Shown here: piece after piece, positions 54,033 through 63,660 of the stretch
How the letters are laid out: each line of letters begins with the position of its first letter
Numbering within the stretch: position 1 is the first letter of the stretch
DNA from: Candidatus Limnocylindrales bacterium
GTDB lineage: Bacteria; Verrucomicrobiota; Verrucomicrobiia; Limisphaerales; UBA8199
Length of the DNA stretch: 64,000 nucleotides
Assembly: GCA_035495315.1 (NCBI GenBank)
Contig: DATJGF010000229.1
Location: forward strand, 105,613 to 169,612
Direction of reading: 5' to 3'
The notes under the pieces: model-generated
Seen by the model: only the letters and a program-made list of their open reading frames with translations
Databases searched by the model: none
What the model was told of the DNA's origin: nothing
Position numbers and translations under genes: made by a program

Positions 54033-55403
54033 ATGGCTTCCGAGGTACGCAAGAACGCCAAAGCGCCACGCATCCTGATCGTCGACGACGATCCCGGTCA
54101 GCGCAGTTTGCTCGACGCGTTCCTCCGCAGTCAGGGTTTCGAAACCGTTCTGGCGCCTTCAGGCGAGCGCGCTCTCGAAATCCTGCGAACCGAAAACTTC
54201 AGCCTGATGATTTCCGACGTGCGCATGCCGGGGTTGAGCGGCCTCGAAACCTTGCGACGCGCACGGCAGGAACACGCCGTTCTGCCGGTGCTGCTAGTGA
54301 CGGCTTATGCCGATATTCGCGAAGCCATCGGTGCCATGCGCGATGGAGCGCTCAACTACCTGCCCAAACCCATAGACCTCGACGAACTCGTCGCCACCGT
54401 TCGCCAGGCGACCGGACTAACCAAAACGACACCACTGCGGTTTAGCTCCGATCGGCAACTGCCCGCGCGCGTTGTCGCCCGGAGTCCCTTAATGCAGGCC
54501 GTCTTTCACGACGCCTCGCTCATAGCCCCTTCTGAAAGCCGCGTATTGATCACCGGCGAGAGCGGCGTCGGCAAGGAGGTGCTGGCGGATGTCATCCACG
54601 CCTGGAGCGCTCGCGCCGGCGGACCTCTGGTCAAGGTCAATTGCGCGGCGATTCCCGAAACGTTGCTTGAAAGCGAGTTGTTCGGTCATGAAAAGGGAGC
54701 GTTCACTGGCGCGGTCGCACAGCGAATCGGGCGCTTTGAGCAAGCCAATGGAGGAACGATTTTTCTGGACGAAATTGCCGATATGTCGCCGCCGCTGCAG
54801 GCCAAGCTGCTCCGCGTCACACAGGACGGCCTCTTTACTCGAGTCGGGTCCAACAAAGAACTCCAAACCAACGCCCGCATTCTCGCGGCTACTAATCGCA
54901 ACCTCGAAGACGAGGTCAAACGGAACGCGTTTCGCGAAGACTTGTTTTATCGCCTCAACGTGGTGGAACTCAACATCCCCCCTTTGCGCGAACGGCAAGA
55001 GGATATTTTGCCTTTAGCGACCGGGTTTCTCACGGAGTTTACCCACGGCAAAGCCCGTTGCTCTCCTTCCGTTAACGATTGCCTGCTCGGCTATAATTGG
55101 CCGGGCAATGTGCGCGAACTGCGCAATGCCATGGAACGTGCCGCGCTCCTCTCGATGGGCGAACTTATCCTGCCCGAGCATTTGCCTGCGCGAGTCCGCG
55201 CGGCCAATCACGTTGCGCCGCCGTCTCACGCGACACCCGAGGACCTGGGCGAAATCGAACGGCAAGCCATTTTCCAGGCCCTCCGCAAGCACGATTTCAA
55301 CCGCACCGAAACGGCAAAAGCCCTCGGTATCAGCCGACGCGCGTTGATTTATAAGCTGCAGCGCTTCCGCGAAGCCGGATTCGAAGTAGACCCGCGCGCC
55401 TAA
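54033..55403 (+). CDS. sigma54-dependent response regulator (NtrC family: REC + AAA+ + Fis-type HTH)
   Basis: ATG 54033. RILIVDDD...MISDVRMPG (REC), GESGVGKE (Walker A), GAFTGA (sigma54 contact), and a C-terminal HTH TETAKALGISRRALIYKL. Confidence 0.9.
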   Translation: MASEVRKNAKAPRILIVDDDPGQRSLLDAFLRSQGFETVLAPSGERALEILRTENFSLMISDVRMPGLSGLETLRRARQEHAVLPVLLVTAYADIREAIGAMRDGALNYLPKPIDLDELVATVRQATGLTKTTPLRFSSDRQLPARVVARSPLMQAVFHDASLIAPSESRVLITGESGVGKEVLADVIHAWSARAGGPLVKVNCAAIPETLLESELFGHEKGAFTGAVAQRIGRFEQANGGTIFLDEIADMSPPLQAKLLRVTQDGLFTRVGSNKELQTNARILAATNRNLEDEVKRNAFREDLFYRLNVVELNIPPLRERQEDILPLATGFLTEFTHGKARCSPSVNDCLLGYNWPGNVRELRNAMERAALLSMGELILPEHLPARVRAANHVAPPSHATPEDLGEIERQAIFQALRKHDFNRTETAKALGISRRALIYKLQRFREAGFEVDPRA

Positions 55404-55409
55404 CCCACC

Positions 55410-55435
55410 GTAGCGGCAGGCGTCCTCGCCTGCCG
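55410..55435 (+). terminator. GTAG-headed REP-like hairpin after the NtrC-type gene (possible terminator)
   Basis: GTAG-CGGCAGGCG (55414-55422), loop TCCT, CGCCTGCCG (55427-55435). The 9-bp stem is perfect. No U-tract follows. Confidence 0.4.
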
Positions 55436-55591
55436 TAGAGCCGGGGATCTTGCCCGGCGGATCCAGTCTGAAATTTCGCTAAAACTTTTTGCTACTCCAA
55501 ACGACGACGTGCAAACCCGGACGGCGGGGATCCCCCCCTTAGGCGACACCTCGAGGGCGACTCGGAAGGCCGAGTTCTTCGACGCTACCCC

Positions 55592-56704
55592 TCACAACGT
55601 CCTGCGGAACAGCATCGTCGCAGCCGTCATCGCCAGCACCGTAAACCCAATCAAAAACGCCAGGTCCGGCGCGATCGCCATAATGCCCGTGTTTTTCAAC
55701 GTCAACTCCTTGAAACCGTGCACCGCATACGTGAACGGGTCTACCACCGCGATGACCTTCATCCATCCCGGAAATGCCTCGATCGGATACACCGCCCCAC
55801 TCGGAAAAAACAACACCGTGTTCAACACGCCAAAAATCGCCCGTGGCACCAGCGGATCGCTCACCCGGACCATCAACAAAAACATCATGCTGATGAGGGC
55901 CAGCGCCGTTACCACGACCAGCAGAAGCATGCGCCCCAGCCTAAGCAAGTTCAGCGGATCAGGAATACCCGCAATCAAGGAACCGCAGGTCACGAGCACC
56001 ACTCCAGCTAGAATCGCTTTGGCGGCGCCGGAAATGTTGAATCCCAGGATCAACTCGACTTTCCGGATAGGTGTCACCAGGTAGCCCTCGTGCAACCCGC
56101 GAGCTTTGTCGTCAATGAAGATGATCCCGCCGCCGATCATCGCTGAAACAAAGATCGCCAGCACCGTGGAGCCCGGCAACAGGTATTGGATATAAGGAAC
56201 GTAAGGATAAATCTCGACTACCGACAAGGCGGCGCTCGAGTTCAACCGCGGCGGCATCGGCTTTTGATTGAAGGGCACTAATAATTGGCTTAGCGTTCCC
56301 TCCAAAGCCGATGCGACGAACTGGTCGGTATTATCCTCGATCAACGCGACCCGTGGGCTCGCGCCAGCCATCACTTTACGCGAGAATTGGGGCGGGATCT
56401 CAATCACCCCGTTGATTTTTCCGTTGCGCAGATCCTGCAGCGCACGGACCTCGTCCACATAGGAAACAGTATCGAACGTGCGCGCGTTGGCCGAAACCGC
56501 CTGAAACATCTCCTTTAACTTAATGGCCTGCACTCCATGATCCTGATCGACGACCCCAACCGTCAGGTGTTTGATTTTGCCTCCGAACGCATAACCCAGT
56601 ACTACCAACTGCACCAGCGGCATCACCATCGAAACGATAATCAACGTCGGGCTGCGTCGGAATCGGCGCAAATCCCGTTCAATAATGGCGAGAATACGAT
56701 TCAT
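55592..56704 (-). CDS. ABC-2 type transporter permease
   Basis: ATG 56704 (MNRILAIIERDLRRFRRSP). One N-terminal TM plus a C-terminal bundle of about 5 TMs. Confidence 0.85.
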   Translation of the reverse strand: MNRILAIIERDLRRFRRSPTLIIVSMVMPLVQLVVLGYAFGGKIKHLTVGVVDQDHGVQAIKLKEMFQAVSANARTFDTVSYVDEVRALQDLRNGKINGVIEIPPQFSRKVMAGASPRVALIEDNTDQFVASALEGTLSQLLVPFNQKPMPPRLNSSAALSVVEIYPYVPYIQYLLPGSTVLAIFVSAMIGGGIIFIDDKARGLHEGYLVTPIRKVELILGFNISGAAKAILAGVVLVTCGSLIAGIPDPLNLLRLGRMLLLVVVTALALISMMFLLMVRVSDPLVPRAIFGVLNTVLFFPSGAVYPIEAFPGWMKVIAVVDPFTYAVHGFKELTLKNTGIMAIAPDLAFLIGFTVLAMTAATMLFRRTL

Positions 56705-56800
56705 AATAGTGTGCTCAGGCCGCAAGCAACCAGGCGGACAGTTTCTACGCGAACCCCACAAATTATTGCCAGGCGCGCCGCGCTCCGTGAGAGACGGAAT

Positions 56801-57796
56801 CTATTTGCGATCATACATGAACGAACTGCTGTACGCCGGAGCGCTTTGCAACGCATCCCGTAATTGATGCCCTGTGTAATGCACAAACACGTCGTCGAGG
56901 GTTGTGCTCTGGACTGAAAGCGAAGCAATCGTGATCCCCGCCTCCCGCGCCGCCTCCATCAGCGCCACCGTCGTCCGCGGCCCATTGTGCGAAGCGATTC
57001 GAAACACATTGTCGTGCGGTTTGACTTCCGCCACTTCGGGCAGTTGCCGCAAGGTATCAACCCAATTAGCGGGAACCTCCGAAAAGCTGACCTCGAGAAT
57101 GTTGCGACCGGGAATCGACGCCTTCAGCTTGAGCGGCGAATCGAGTGCCACCAGCTTGCCATGGTCGATGATCGCGATCCGGTCACACAACTTGTCTGCT
57201 TCATCCATGTAGTGGGTCGTCAATAGAATCGTCAGGTCCCGTTCGCGCTTCAGCCGGACCAGCATTTCCCAAACCGCGACGCGCGAAACCGGGTCCAGGC
57301 CCGTCGTCGGTTCGTCCAGGAAGAAAATCTTCGGTTCGTGCACCAGGCCGCGCGCGATCTCCAACCGGCGCCGCATGCCACCCGAAAACATTTTCACCGG
57401 CTTATCGGCCCATTGCTCCAGGTCGACGGCTTTGAGCAGAGCCGGGATCATCCGCTTGCGTTTTTCCCGTGGAATACCATAGAGCTTGGCGAAAATGCTC
57501 ATATTTTCCCGGGCGCTTAAGTCCATATCCGACGTCATCGCCTGCGGGATGACCCCGATGCGTTGCCGCACGTCGTTCGCCTGCCGCACCACATCAAACC
57601 CGCCGATGCGCGCCTGCCCCGATGTCGGCGGCACCAGCGTCGTCAACATCCGGATCAAAGTCGATTTGCCGGCACCGTTCGGACCGAGTAAACCAAAGAC
57701 CTCGCCGTGCTGGACCCCAAAACTCAACGCGTCCACCGCGACAAAATCGCCAAAGCGCTTCGTCAATTGTTCAACCTCAACGTCAGCCATATCCAT
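56801..57796 (-). CDS. ABC transporter ATP-binding protein (DrrA-like)
   Basis: GLLGPNGAGKST (Walker A), FSGGMRRRLEIA (signature), FFLDEPTTGLD (Walker B). Confidence 0.9.
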   Translation of the reverse strand: MDMADVEVEQLTKRFGDFVAVDALSFGVQHGEVFGLLGPNGAGKSTLIRMLTTLVPPTSGQARIGGFDVVRQANDVRQRIGVIPQAMTSDMDLSARENMSIFAKLYGIPREKRKRMIPALLKAVDLEQWADKPVKMFSGGMRRRLEIARGLVHEPKIFFLDEPTTGLDPVSRVAVWEMLVRLKRERDLTILLTTHYMDEADKLCDRIAIIDHGKLVALDSPLKLKASIPGRNILEVSFSEVPANWVDTLRQLPEVAEVKPHDNVFRIASHNGPRTTVALMEAAREAGITIASLSVQSTTLDDVFVHYTGHQLRDALQSAPAYSSSFMYDRK

Positions 57797-58846
57797 TCAA
57801 GGCCTGGTCAGGGGCAACGTGACGTAAGCCGTCATCCCCAACGCCAGGCTCCGATCCCGATTGTCACACCGCAACCGAATCTCGAATGTCTTGATGTCCC
57901 GCTTCGTGCGGCTCACATCCCGTTGGGTCGCATAATCGGCATCGATTCCCCGAAAAAAAACCGTCCCTTGCCGCATCGCGCCGGAAGGCAAGCGCACCAT
58001 CAGTTTGTCCCCCAAACGCACACCGTCAATGTAGGTCTCTTCCACGTCGATGCGGACCCACAGATTCTCCGGGTCGACTAACGTCACGATGCCTTGGCCC
58101 GCGGTAACGACCTCCCCGGGCAACGCCGCCCGAATATCCACAATCCCATTGATCGGCGCCCGGATCTCGGTGTACTCCAGGTGCACCTGGGCCTTCTCCT
58201 TTTGCGCCCCAGCGGCCGCCAATTGATGCAGATTCGCCTGCACCACCGCGCGCCGCGCAGCAATCTGCTCTTCATTCGACTTCGCCAGGCCCACCGCTGC
58301 CTCCGCCGCCTGCGCCTGTTCCCGCAACGATTGCGCCCGCGCCTTGGCGCTGTCATAAGTCGTGCGCGCCTGGTCGTAAGCTTGCGTGGAATTGACACCC
58401 TGTTTGCGCAAGTCTTCCTCGCGTTGAAAATTTAATTGCGCAATCTCGAGATCCGCCTCCGCTTGTCTTGCCTGTGACTGCGTTGAAGCCAGTGTCGCCT
58501 CCGCTTGCCGAACCTGATTGCTGGTTTGGGCCTCCTGGTACCTTAAGTCCGCCTCCGCCTGGGTCACCTGGGCGGCGTATTGCTGTTCGCTGTTGGAGTA
58601 AAATGAGACGTCGGCTTTCCATTCCTGCGGCTGGATCCGCGCCAGCAGCTGGCCATTGGTCACCCAGTCTCCTTGCGCCACTAACAACTGCTTCAAACGG
58701 CCCTGTATCTCGGCGCTGACGATCACCGAGTCAGTGGTGACAATGCCGGTCAGCACGAGCTGGCGCGGACGACGCAAGGCCAGGAAGTAAGTCGCCGCGC
58801 CCGCCACTAATAGCAACAGTACAATAAAAACTATTCGGCGTTTCAT
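57797..58846 (-). CDS. HlyD-family membrane fusion/periplasmic adaptor protein
   Basis: N-terminal TM, a long coiled coil (QAEADLRYQEAQ...) and a beta-barrel C-terminus. It abuts the ABC ATPase start. Confidence 0.85.
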   Translation of the reverse strand: MKRRIVFIVLLLLVAGAATYFLALRRPRQLVLTGIVTTDSVIVSAEIQGRLKQLLVAQGDWVTNGQLLARIQPQEWKADVSFYSNSEQQYAAQVTQAEADLRYQEAQTSNQVRQAEATLASTQSQARQAEADLEIAQLNFQREEDLRKQGVNSTQAYDQARTTYDSAKARAQSLREQAQAAEAAVGLAKSNEEQIAARRAVVQANLHQLAAAGAQKEKAQVHLEYTEIRAPINGIVDIRAALPGEVVTAGQGIVTLVDPENLWVRIDVEETYIDGVRLGDKLMVRLPSGAMRQGTVFFRGIDADYATQRDVSRTKRDIKTFEIRLRCDNRDRSLALGMTAYVTLPLTRP

Positions 58847-59502
58847 GAGGTCGTAGTCTTCGGCTCCACAAACAGGCTGTAGCGGATGAAATCCAGCACC
58901 TCTTGTTTGCGCCGCCGCAAATTTGCCGTGCTGTAGGCATCGGCTTGCCCCAGCAGCTCAAGCACCGGCGCACAGGAGAAGTAAAAGACGATCAGCGCCA
59001 CGATGGAAACCGCTGTGTGCCAGCGATCAGCCGGTCGAAATTCCCCGGCGCGCATCCCGCGATCAAGCAGTTCGATAAAAGCTTCGCTCCGCGCCTTAAA
59101 ATATTTGCGGACCAGCCGTTCCGGCAGACGTCCCCCGCTGCTCAGCAATTGCTGAACCAATGGCGCATACCGATGCCGCGCGCTGATAAAATCAAAATGC
59201 AGGCCCACGTAGCGCAACAGCACGTCCCGCGCAGGCCCGGACCCTGACAATACTTCGAGCGCTCGCCGATTGAACTCACGCAGGTGATCCTTCAGCACCG
59301 CTTCGTAGAGAGCTTCTTTGCTCTTGAAATAATAATAGAGCAGCGCCTTGTTCACACCGGCCGCCGCGGCAATCGCCTCGGTGCGCGCACCCGCCAAGCC
59401 GCTTTCGGCGAATGCCCTTTCAGCTGCCGCTAGAATGGACGCACGCGTCGCGACGCTGCGCGGTTCCTCCGGGTGTTGTCGGCGGTTGGAGGACTTTGGC
59501 AT
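58843..59502 (-). CDS. TetR/AcrR-family transcriptional regulator
   Basis: ILAAAERAFAESGLAGARTEAIAAAAGVNKALLYYYFKSKEALY (HTH). 4-nt overlap with the HlyD gene. Confidence 0.9.
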   Translation of the reverse strand: MPKSSNRRQHPEEPRSVATRASILAAAERAFAESGLAGARTEAIAAAAGVNKALLYYYFKSKEALYEAVLKDHLREFNRRALEVLSGSGPARDVLLRYVGLHFDFISARHRYAPLVQQLLSSGGRLPERLVRKYFKARSEAFIELLDRGMRAGEFRPADRWHTAVSIVALIVFYFSCAPVLELLGQADAYSTANLRRRKQEVLDFIRYSLFVEPKTTTS

Positions 59503-59509
59503 ATCCTTT

Positions 59510-59558
59510 TAATTAACTAACTGGATAGTTAATTATGACAGGATTCCTGCTTTGTCAA
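59510..59558 (-). promoter_or_regulatory. putative TetR operator (perfect 10-6-10 palindrome) overlapping a candidate promoter
   Basis: TAATTAACTA (59510-59519), actgga, TAGTTAATTA (59526-59535), starting 8 nt upstream of the tetR ATG. On the minus strand TTGACA (59558-59553) lies 15-17 nt from CATAAT/TAATTA (59537-59530). Confidence 0.5.
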
Positions 59559-59738
59559 TCTTCTCGAGGGCCCAGTCGGCTTTCGCCGTCGGGGCACAAC
59601 CAATCTCTCGGGAGCAGAGTCCAATGGCCCTTGAACCCAGAGTTTGGGCTTCATCTTTCCAGATGATTTTGTTTGAATCAGACGATGGTGTGCTCGTCAA
59701 ACTTGCTTGGTGGAACTCATTAAACAGAAGGAAATAGA

Positions 59739-59963
59739 ATGAACCGAACAGTCATACGCTCGACGGCGCTGCTGATGAGCACATTACTATCCGGCGGACT
59801 GCTCGCCGGCTGTGCCTGGTCCATCGGGAGCGACCGAGCCGCAAAAGTCGTCAGTCAACCTACCCGCGGCCAGGAACTCATTGACCTGCAAAAGGCACGT
59901 GACCAGGGTGCAATCAACGAGGACGAATATCAGACCCAACGCAAGCGAATCCTGGAACACTGA
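59739..59963 (+). CDS. small lipoprotein with SHOCT-like C-terminal domain
   Basis: Lipobox LLAGC. C-terminal LQKARDQGAINEDEYQTQRKRILE. Confidence 0.6.
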   Translation: MNRTVIRSTALLMSTLLSGGLLAGCAWSIGSDRAAKVVSQPTRGQELIDLQKARDQGAINEDEYQTQRKRILEH

Positions 59964-60241
59964 AGCGCAAGCGTAGAAAAGTCCATCAATTCGCTTCCCC
60001 GGGCTTGGCGGGACCATTCCTAACCTTTCAGTGTTCGCTGTTCGGATTTGATGTTGAGTGCTCATGGTTTGAGGTAGAACACATGCCAGCTAGGTAGAGA
60101 AGCAAGTTGGATGGGGATAGCGCGTTGCACCCGGGCGCGGCGGTCGCTTTCTGATTTGTCTCCGCAGTTTCGCGGCTGGCATGATCCACCGCTTGCGAAT
60201 CGCCCAGACTGCGCAATATATTCGCACCGAATCGCGATCAA

Positions 60242-61390
60242 ATGAAACATTCTCACGCTTTTTTGCCAATCTTGCTGGGTCTGCTGGCACCGACGAGTCC
60301 TTCCCTTGGCGCTCGGGTCACTCTCACACGAACGCCCGATGGGGGCATCCAACCACAAGCTGCGATCGACAGCCGCGGAGTCGTTCATCTTATCTATTTC
60401 AAAGGCGATCCCAGTGGGGGTGATATTTTCTATGTCCACAAGCGTCCTGGAGAAACCGAGTTCTCCAAATCGATCAAGGTCAACAGCCATCCTCGGAGTG
60501 CGATGGCGATCGGCACCATTCGCGGGGCACATTTGGCCATTGGCAGAAATGGTCGAGTGCACGTTGCCTGGAACGGCAACGCGCCTGAAAAAGGCGGTTA
60601 CCTGGAAGCCCCGATGCTCTATACCCGTCTCAATGATGCCGGGACCGCATTCGAGCCGGACCGCAACGTGATCACCTTCGCAAAAGGGCTGGATGGTGGC
60701 GGCTCGGTTGCGGCCGATAACGACGGGAATGTCTTTGTCATGTGGCACGCCCCAAACCCGAGCAGCGGTAAAGAGGACGAGACTGGCCGGGCAGTGTTCA
60801 TCGCGCGCTCTACCGATGACGGTAAGAGCTTCACGGCGGAAAAACTCGTCAGCCCACAATCGACCGGCGCCTGCGGCTGTTGCGGAATGAAAGCGTTTGC
60901 GGGTAATCAGGGAGAAGTTTTTGCACTATATCGCGGCGCGTCCGAGATGGTGAATCGCAGCGAGATCCTTCTACTCTCGCGTGATCATGGCTCCAGCTTC
61001 ACGCCGGTGTACGAGCACCCTTGGAAGATCTCTACCTGTCCGATGAGTAGCGCGTTCTTATCACAAAGTACCACCGGCATTTTCGCTGCTGGAGAAACAC
61101 ACGAACGTGTCTTTTTTTTGCGAATTGATCCCAAAACCGGCAAGACTTCAGATCCCGTGTCCCCGGAAACTAAAGCCAAACACCCGATCGTCATCGCCAA
61201 TAAAACAGGCGAGATCCTGTTCACCTGGACCGAAGGCACCGCTTGGGAAAAAGGCGGCAATATCGCGTGGCAACTGTATGATAAAAACGCGAACCCGGTT
61301 TCAAAAATCAGCCGCTGCGAAGGCGTCCCGGTATGGAGCCTTGTGGCAGCCTATGCCGAGCCGTCCGGCGACTTCGTGGTCGTCTATTAA
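60242..61390 (+). CDS. secreted BNR-repeat / sialidase-like beta-propeller protein
   Basis: Has a signal peptide and two BNR-like motifs, STDDGKSFT and SRDHGSSFT. The large antisense ORF 60062-60859 is considered spurious. Confidence 0.7.
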   Translation: MKHSHAFLPILLGLLAPTSPSLGARVTLTRTPDGGIQPQAAIDSRGVVHLIYFKGDPSGGDIFYVHKRPGETEFSKSIKVNSHPRSAMAIGTIRGAHLAIGRNGRVHVAWNGNAPEKGGYLEAPMLYTRLNDAGTAFEPDRNVITFAKGLDGGGSVAADNDGNVFVMWHAPNPSSGKEDETGRAVFIARSTDDGKSFTAEKLVSPQSTGACGCCGMKAFAGNQGEVFALYRGASEMVNRSEILLLSRDHGSSFTPVYEHPWKISTCPMSSAFLSQSTTGIFAAGETHERVFFLRIDPKTGKTSDPVSPETKAKHPIVIANKTGEILFTWTEGTAWEKGGNIAWQLYDKNANPVSKISRCEGVPVWSLVAAYAEPSGDFVVVY

Positions 61391-61456
61391 AACGTAAATG
61401 GGCCGGTTGGCACTTGCTCCGGTGATGTCGCCGATCAAGAGTTCCTCAAACCTGTC

Positions 61457-61981
61457 ATGACTACGTCAATATTTCATAGACGCTCGATCGTTATTCTGTT
61501 TTTCGTTCTCAGCGCGTGCACGCTCAGGGCTGCTAATCCTCCCGGGCCGGCCGAGTTCGGACCGCAGTGGGCGTCGTTAGTTGGGACTTGGAAAACCGAA
61601 CCCGGACCCGGACCATCGGGCATCTGCGCGTTTCACTTCGACCTCGCCAGGCACGTCCTGGTCCGAACCAACCACGCGGAGCTTTCGGCGGGGGCTCTTG
61701 CTCATGAAGATCTAATGATCCTCTCCCCGGAACCGGCCACCGATAAAGCTCGGGCAATCTACTATGACAATGAAGGACACGTGATCGAGTACGATGCAGA
61801 ATGGTCCGACCACGGCAAGACTCTGAGCTTTACGAGCAAACCGGCTCCCGGGCCGCAGTTCCGATTAACCTACCGAAAAACGGGCACGGATACTTTCGCC
61901 GTGACGTTCGAGATGGCTCCGGCGGGACAGCCTGGTGCTTACAAGACCTACACTTCGGGAAAAATCAGCCGGGTCAAATAG
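61457..61981 (+). CDS. secreted hypothetical protein (lipocalin/DUF1579-like size and pattern)
   Basis: 174 aa. Signal peptide ILFFVLSACTLRA. Beta-rich, with ...GKTLSFTSK...FRLTYRKTGTDTFAVTFEMA. Confidence 0.55.
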   Translation: MTTSIFHRRSIVILFFVLSACTLRAANPPGPAEFGPQWASLVGTWKTEPGPGPSGICAFHFDLARHVLVRTNHAELSAGALAHEDLMILSPEPATDKARAIYYDNEGHVIEYDAEWSDHGKTLSFTSKPAPGPQFRLTYRKTGTDTFAVTFEMAPAGQPGAYKTYTSGKISRVK

Positions 61982-62036
61982 TCATCTTAAGACCACTGTT
62001 TGTTGATTTGCCAAGCCCTCCTCGGCATCCGGAGCC

Positions 62037-62231
62037 CTACGGCTGAACCTCGCGCACAACGGCTTCGTGAAGGAACATGGAAATCCATTCACGAGCGTTC
62101 TGCCGATCGTCTTCTGTCCCGCCAACCAACTCCAGCTTGCCGTCGAAGTGCTTCACAAGGCGTGCTTTGCCAAACTGCGCCAGCGTTTCGCCCCTATCCG
62201 TGATTTGCGCAGGAAGATTTGTAAGTTTCAT
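62037..62231 (-). CDS. small hypothetical ORF in a low-GC patch
   Basis: 64 aa. AAAGGA lies immediately upstream of the ATG. There is no family support. Confidence 0.3.
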   Translation of the reverse strand: MKLTNLPAQITDRGETLAQFGKARLVKHFDGKLELVGGTEDDRQNAREWISMFLHEAVVREVQP

Positions 62232-62326
62232 TCCTTTAGTTTAACGGGGCACTTGGACAAAGACTGTCCAAGTCTTAAATCACCGTGAAGGACGGCTCTA
62301 ACAACTAAAGCTAAAGGAGCGGAGTC

Positions 62327-62542
62327 CTAATTTGAAATCGGCGGCAATGGGATGAACGTGCCCCCCAGGATCTGAAACTCGTCATTTAAGACCACCAGTT
62401 CCGCATTCTTGATCTGGTATTCAAGAACCTTCATTTCAACTGTGCGTTTGTCCTTAAAATGTTGGGCCAGCCTCGGGTCAGTGGTCCACTCCCCCTGGTC
62501 GAAGAATAGTCCCGTGTCCAAATCTCTGAGTGCGAGCGGCAT
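62327..62542 (-). CDS. small hypothetical ORF in a low-GC patch
   Basis: 71 aa. No clear SD sequence and no family support. Confidence 0.25.
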   Translation of the reverse strand: MPLALRDLDTGLFFDQGEWTTDPRLAQHFKDKRTVEMKVLEYQIKNAELVVLNDEFQILGGTFIPLPPISN

Positions 62543-63069
62543 CTACACATACCGTTTTATTAAAAGAGCACCCGTCTGCAAGGCTTAAAAATACGGACAC
62601 TGGGACATAGGAGAACCGCGGATAAAGTTGTGCCAACGGCGATCAATTGGTCGCCTGTGCCATGTGTCGAAACTCGAATTGGATAGAGGCCCGCAGGTGG
62701 AACCTCCCGGTCTGGTTAATTTGCCACCACCAATTACATGAATAGGATTAGCGCTCAAATCTTAGAACCGAAAAGCGATCACCGCCTTACCCAACTAAGG
62801 ACTTCCAGAACTTTTAGTTCTTCGCCCGATAATCCGATCCAGCCGCCATCCGCTTTTTGATATCCAATACACCGAAAACGCTCGCATTGTACAATAGCTG
62901 TGGGGCGCGGCCCGCATTGCCGACCCTGGTGAGGCTTGGGCAAATCGCTTACGCTGTGGTTTTCGTGCTTCATGGTCGGATGATCTTGCAGCCGCAGCCC
63001 AACGTCTTAGTCAGGATTGCCAAAGATGCACCCTTCTTTGCCATTAGTTCGCCTTCTCATAGGCATTCC

Positions 63070-63489
63070 TCAGGCGGCTGCGTCTAACAACCAACGTTCT
63101 CGCAGCCGCGACGCAAGGGCCAGCAACTCGCCAAAATCTCTCGGCTTCTGAACGTAATAATCACAAATAAGCTCGCGGGGAGCCCGGTTTTCACCCAAAG
63201 GCTCGTTTCCCGAAAAAACGACACACGGAACGCCTAGCAGCGGCGGCTGCTGACGGATCCACCGCACCATCCGCGATTGATTACAGATTTGTGGCAGAAT
63301 CGCGAGCACTATTAAAGCGGGGCTGTTGCGCTCAGGTTTGCTCATCAAAAATGTCAAGTATTTGATCGCCTCCCGGTCGCTGCTGACAATGTCGATCGGG
63401 TTCCGCACCTGGACCTGCTCAAAGGCTAATTTTACCAGGTCAGCGTAAGCTTGTTCGATCTCGATCAAAAGAATTGGCTTTTTCTCCAT
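63070..63489 (-). CDS. receiver-domain (REC-fold) protein lacking the phospho-acceptor Asp
   Basis: ATG 63489 (MEKKPILLIEIEQ...). The REC pattern is kept (VVFSG = Thr/Ser position, YVQKP = Lys position). The acceptor position reads LIVLAILPQ (Ala), and the acidic pair is IE. Confidence 0.65.
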   Translation of the reverse strand: MEKKPILLIEIEQAYADLVKLAFEQVQVRNPIDIVSSDREAIKYLTFLMSKPERNSPALIVLAILPQICNQSRMVRWIRQQPPLLGVPCVVFSGNEPLGENRAPRELICDYYVQKPRDFGELLALASRLRERWLLDAAA

Positions 63490-63660
63490 AGCTTCCGTCG
63501 CGGTCAGATCCAAACGTCAATCCAACGGCTTTAATATGCATCAAGCAAGAGCGGAACGCCAAGGAGGCAAGACCCGGGGCGAGCTTTGTATAATTACCCG
63601 CCCATGCATTTTTGGGCCCGCGGGCAAATCAGACGCGTCTTAAGGCTTCGTTTAAGAAAG

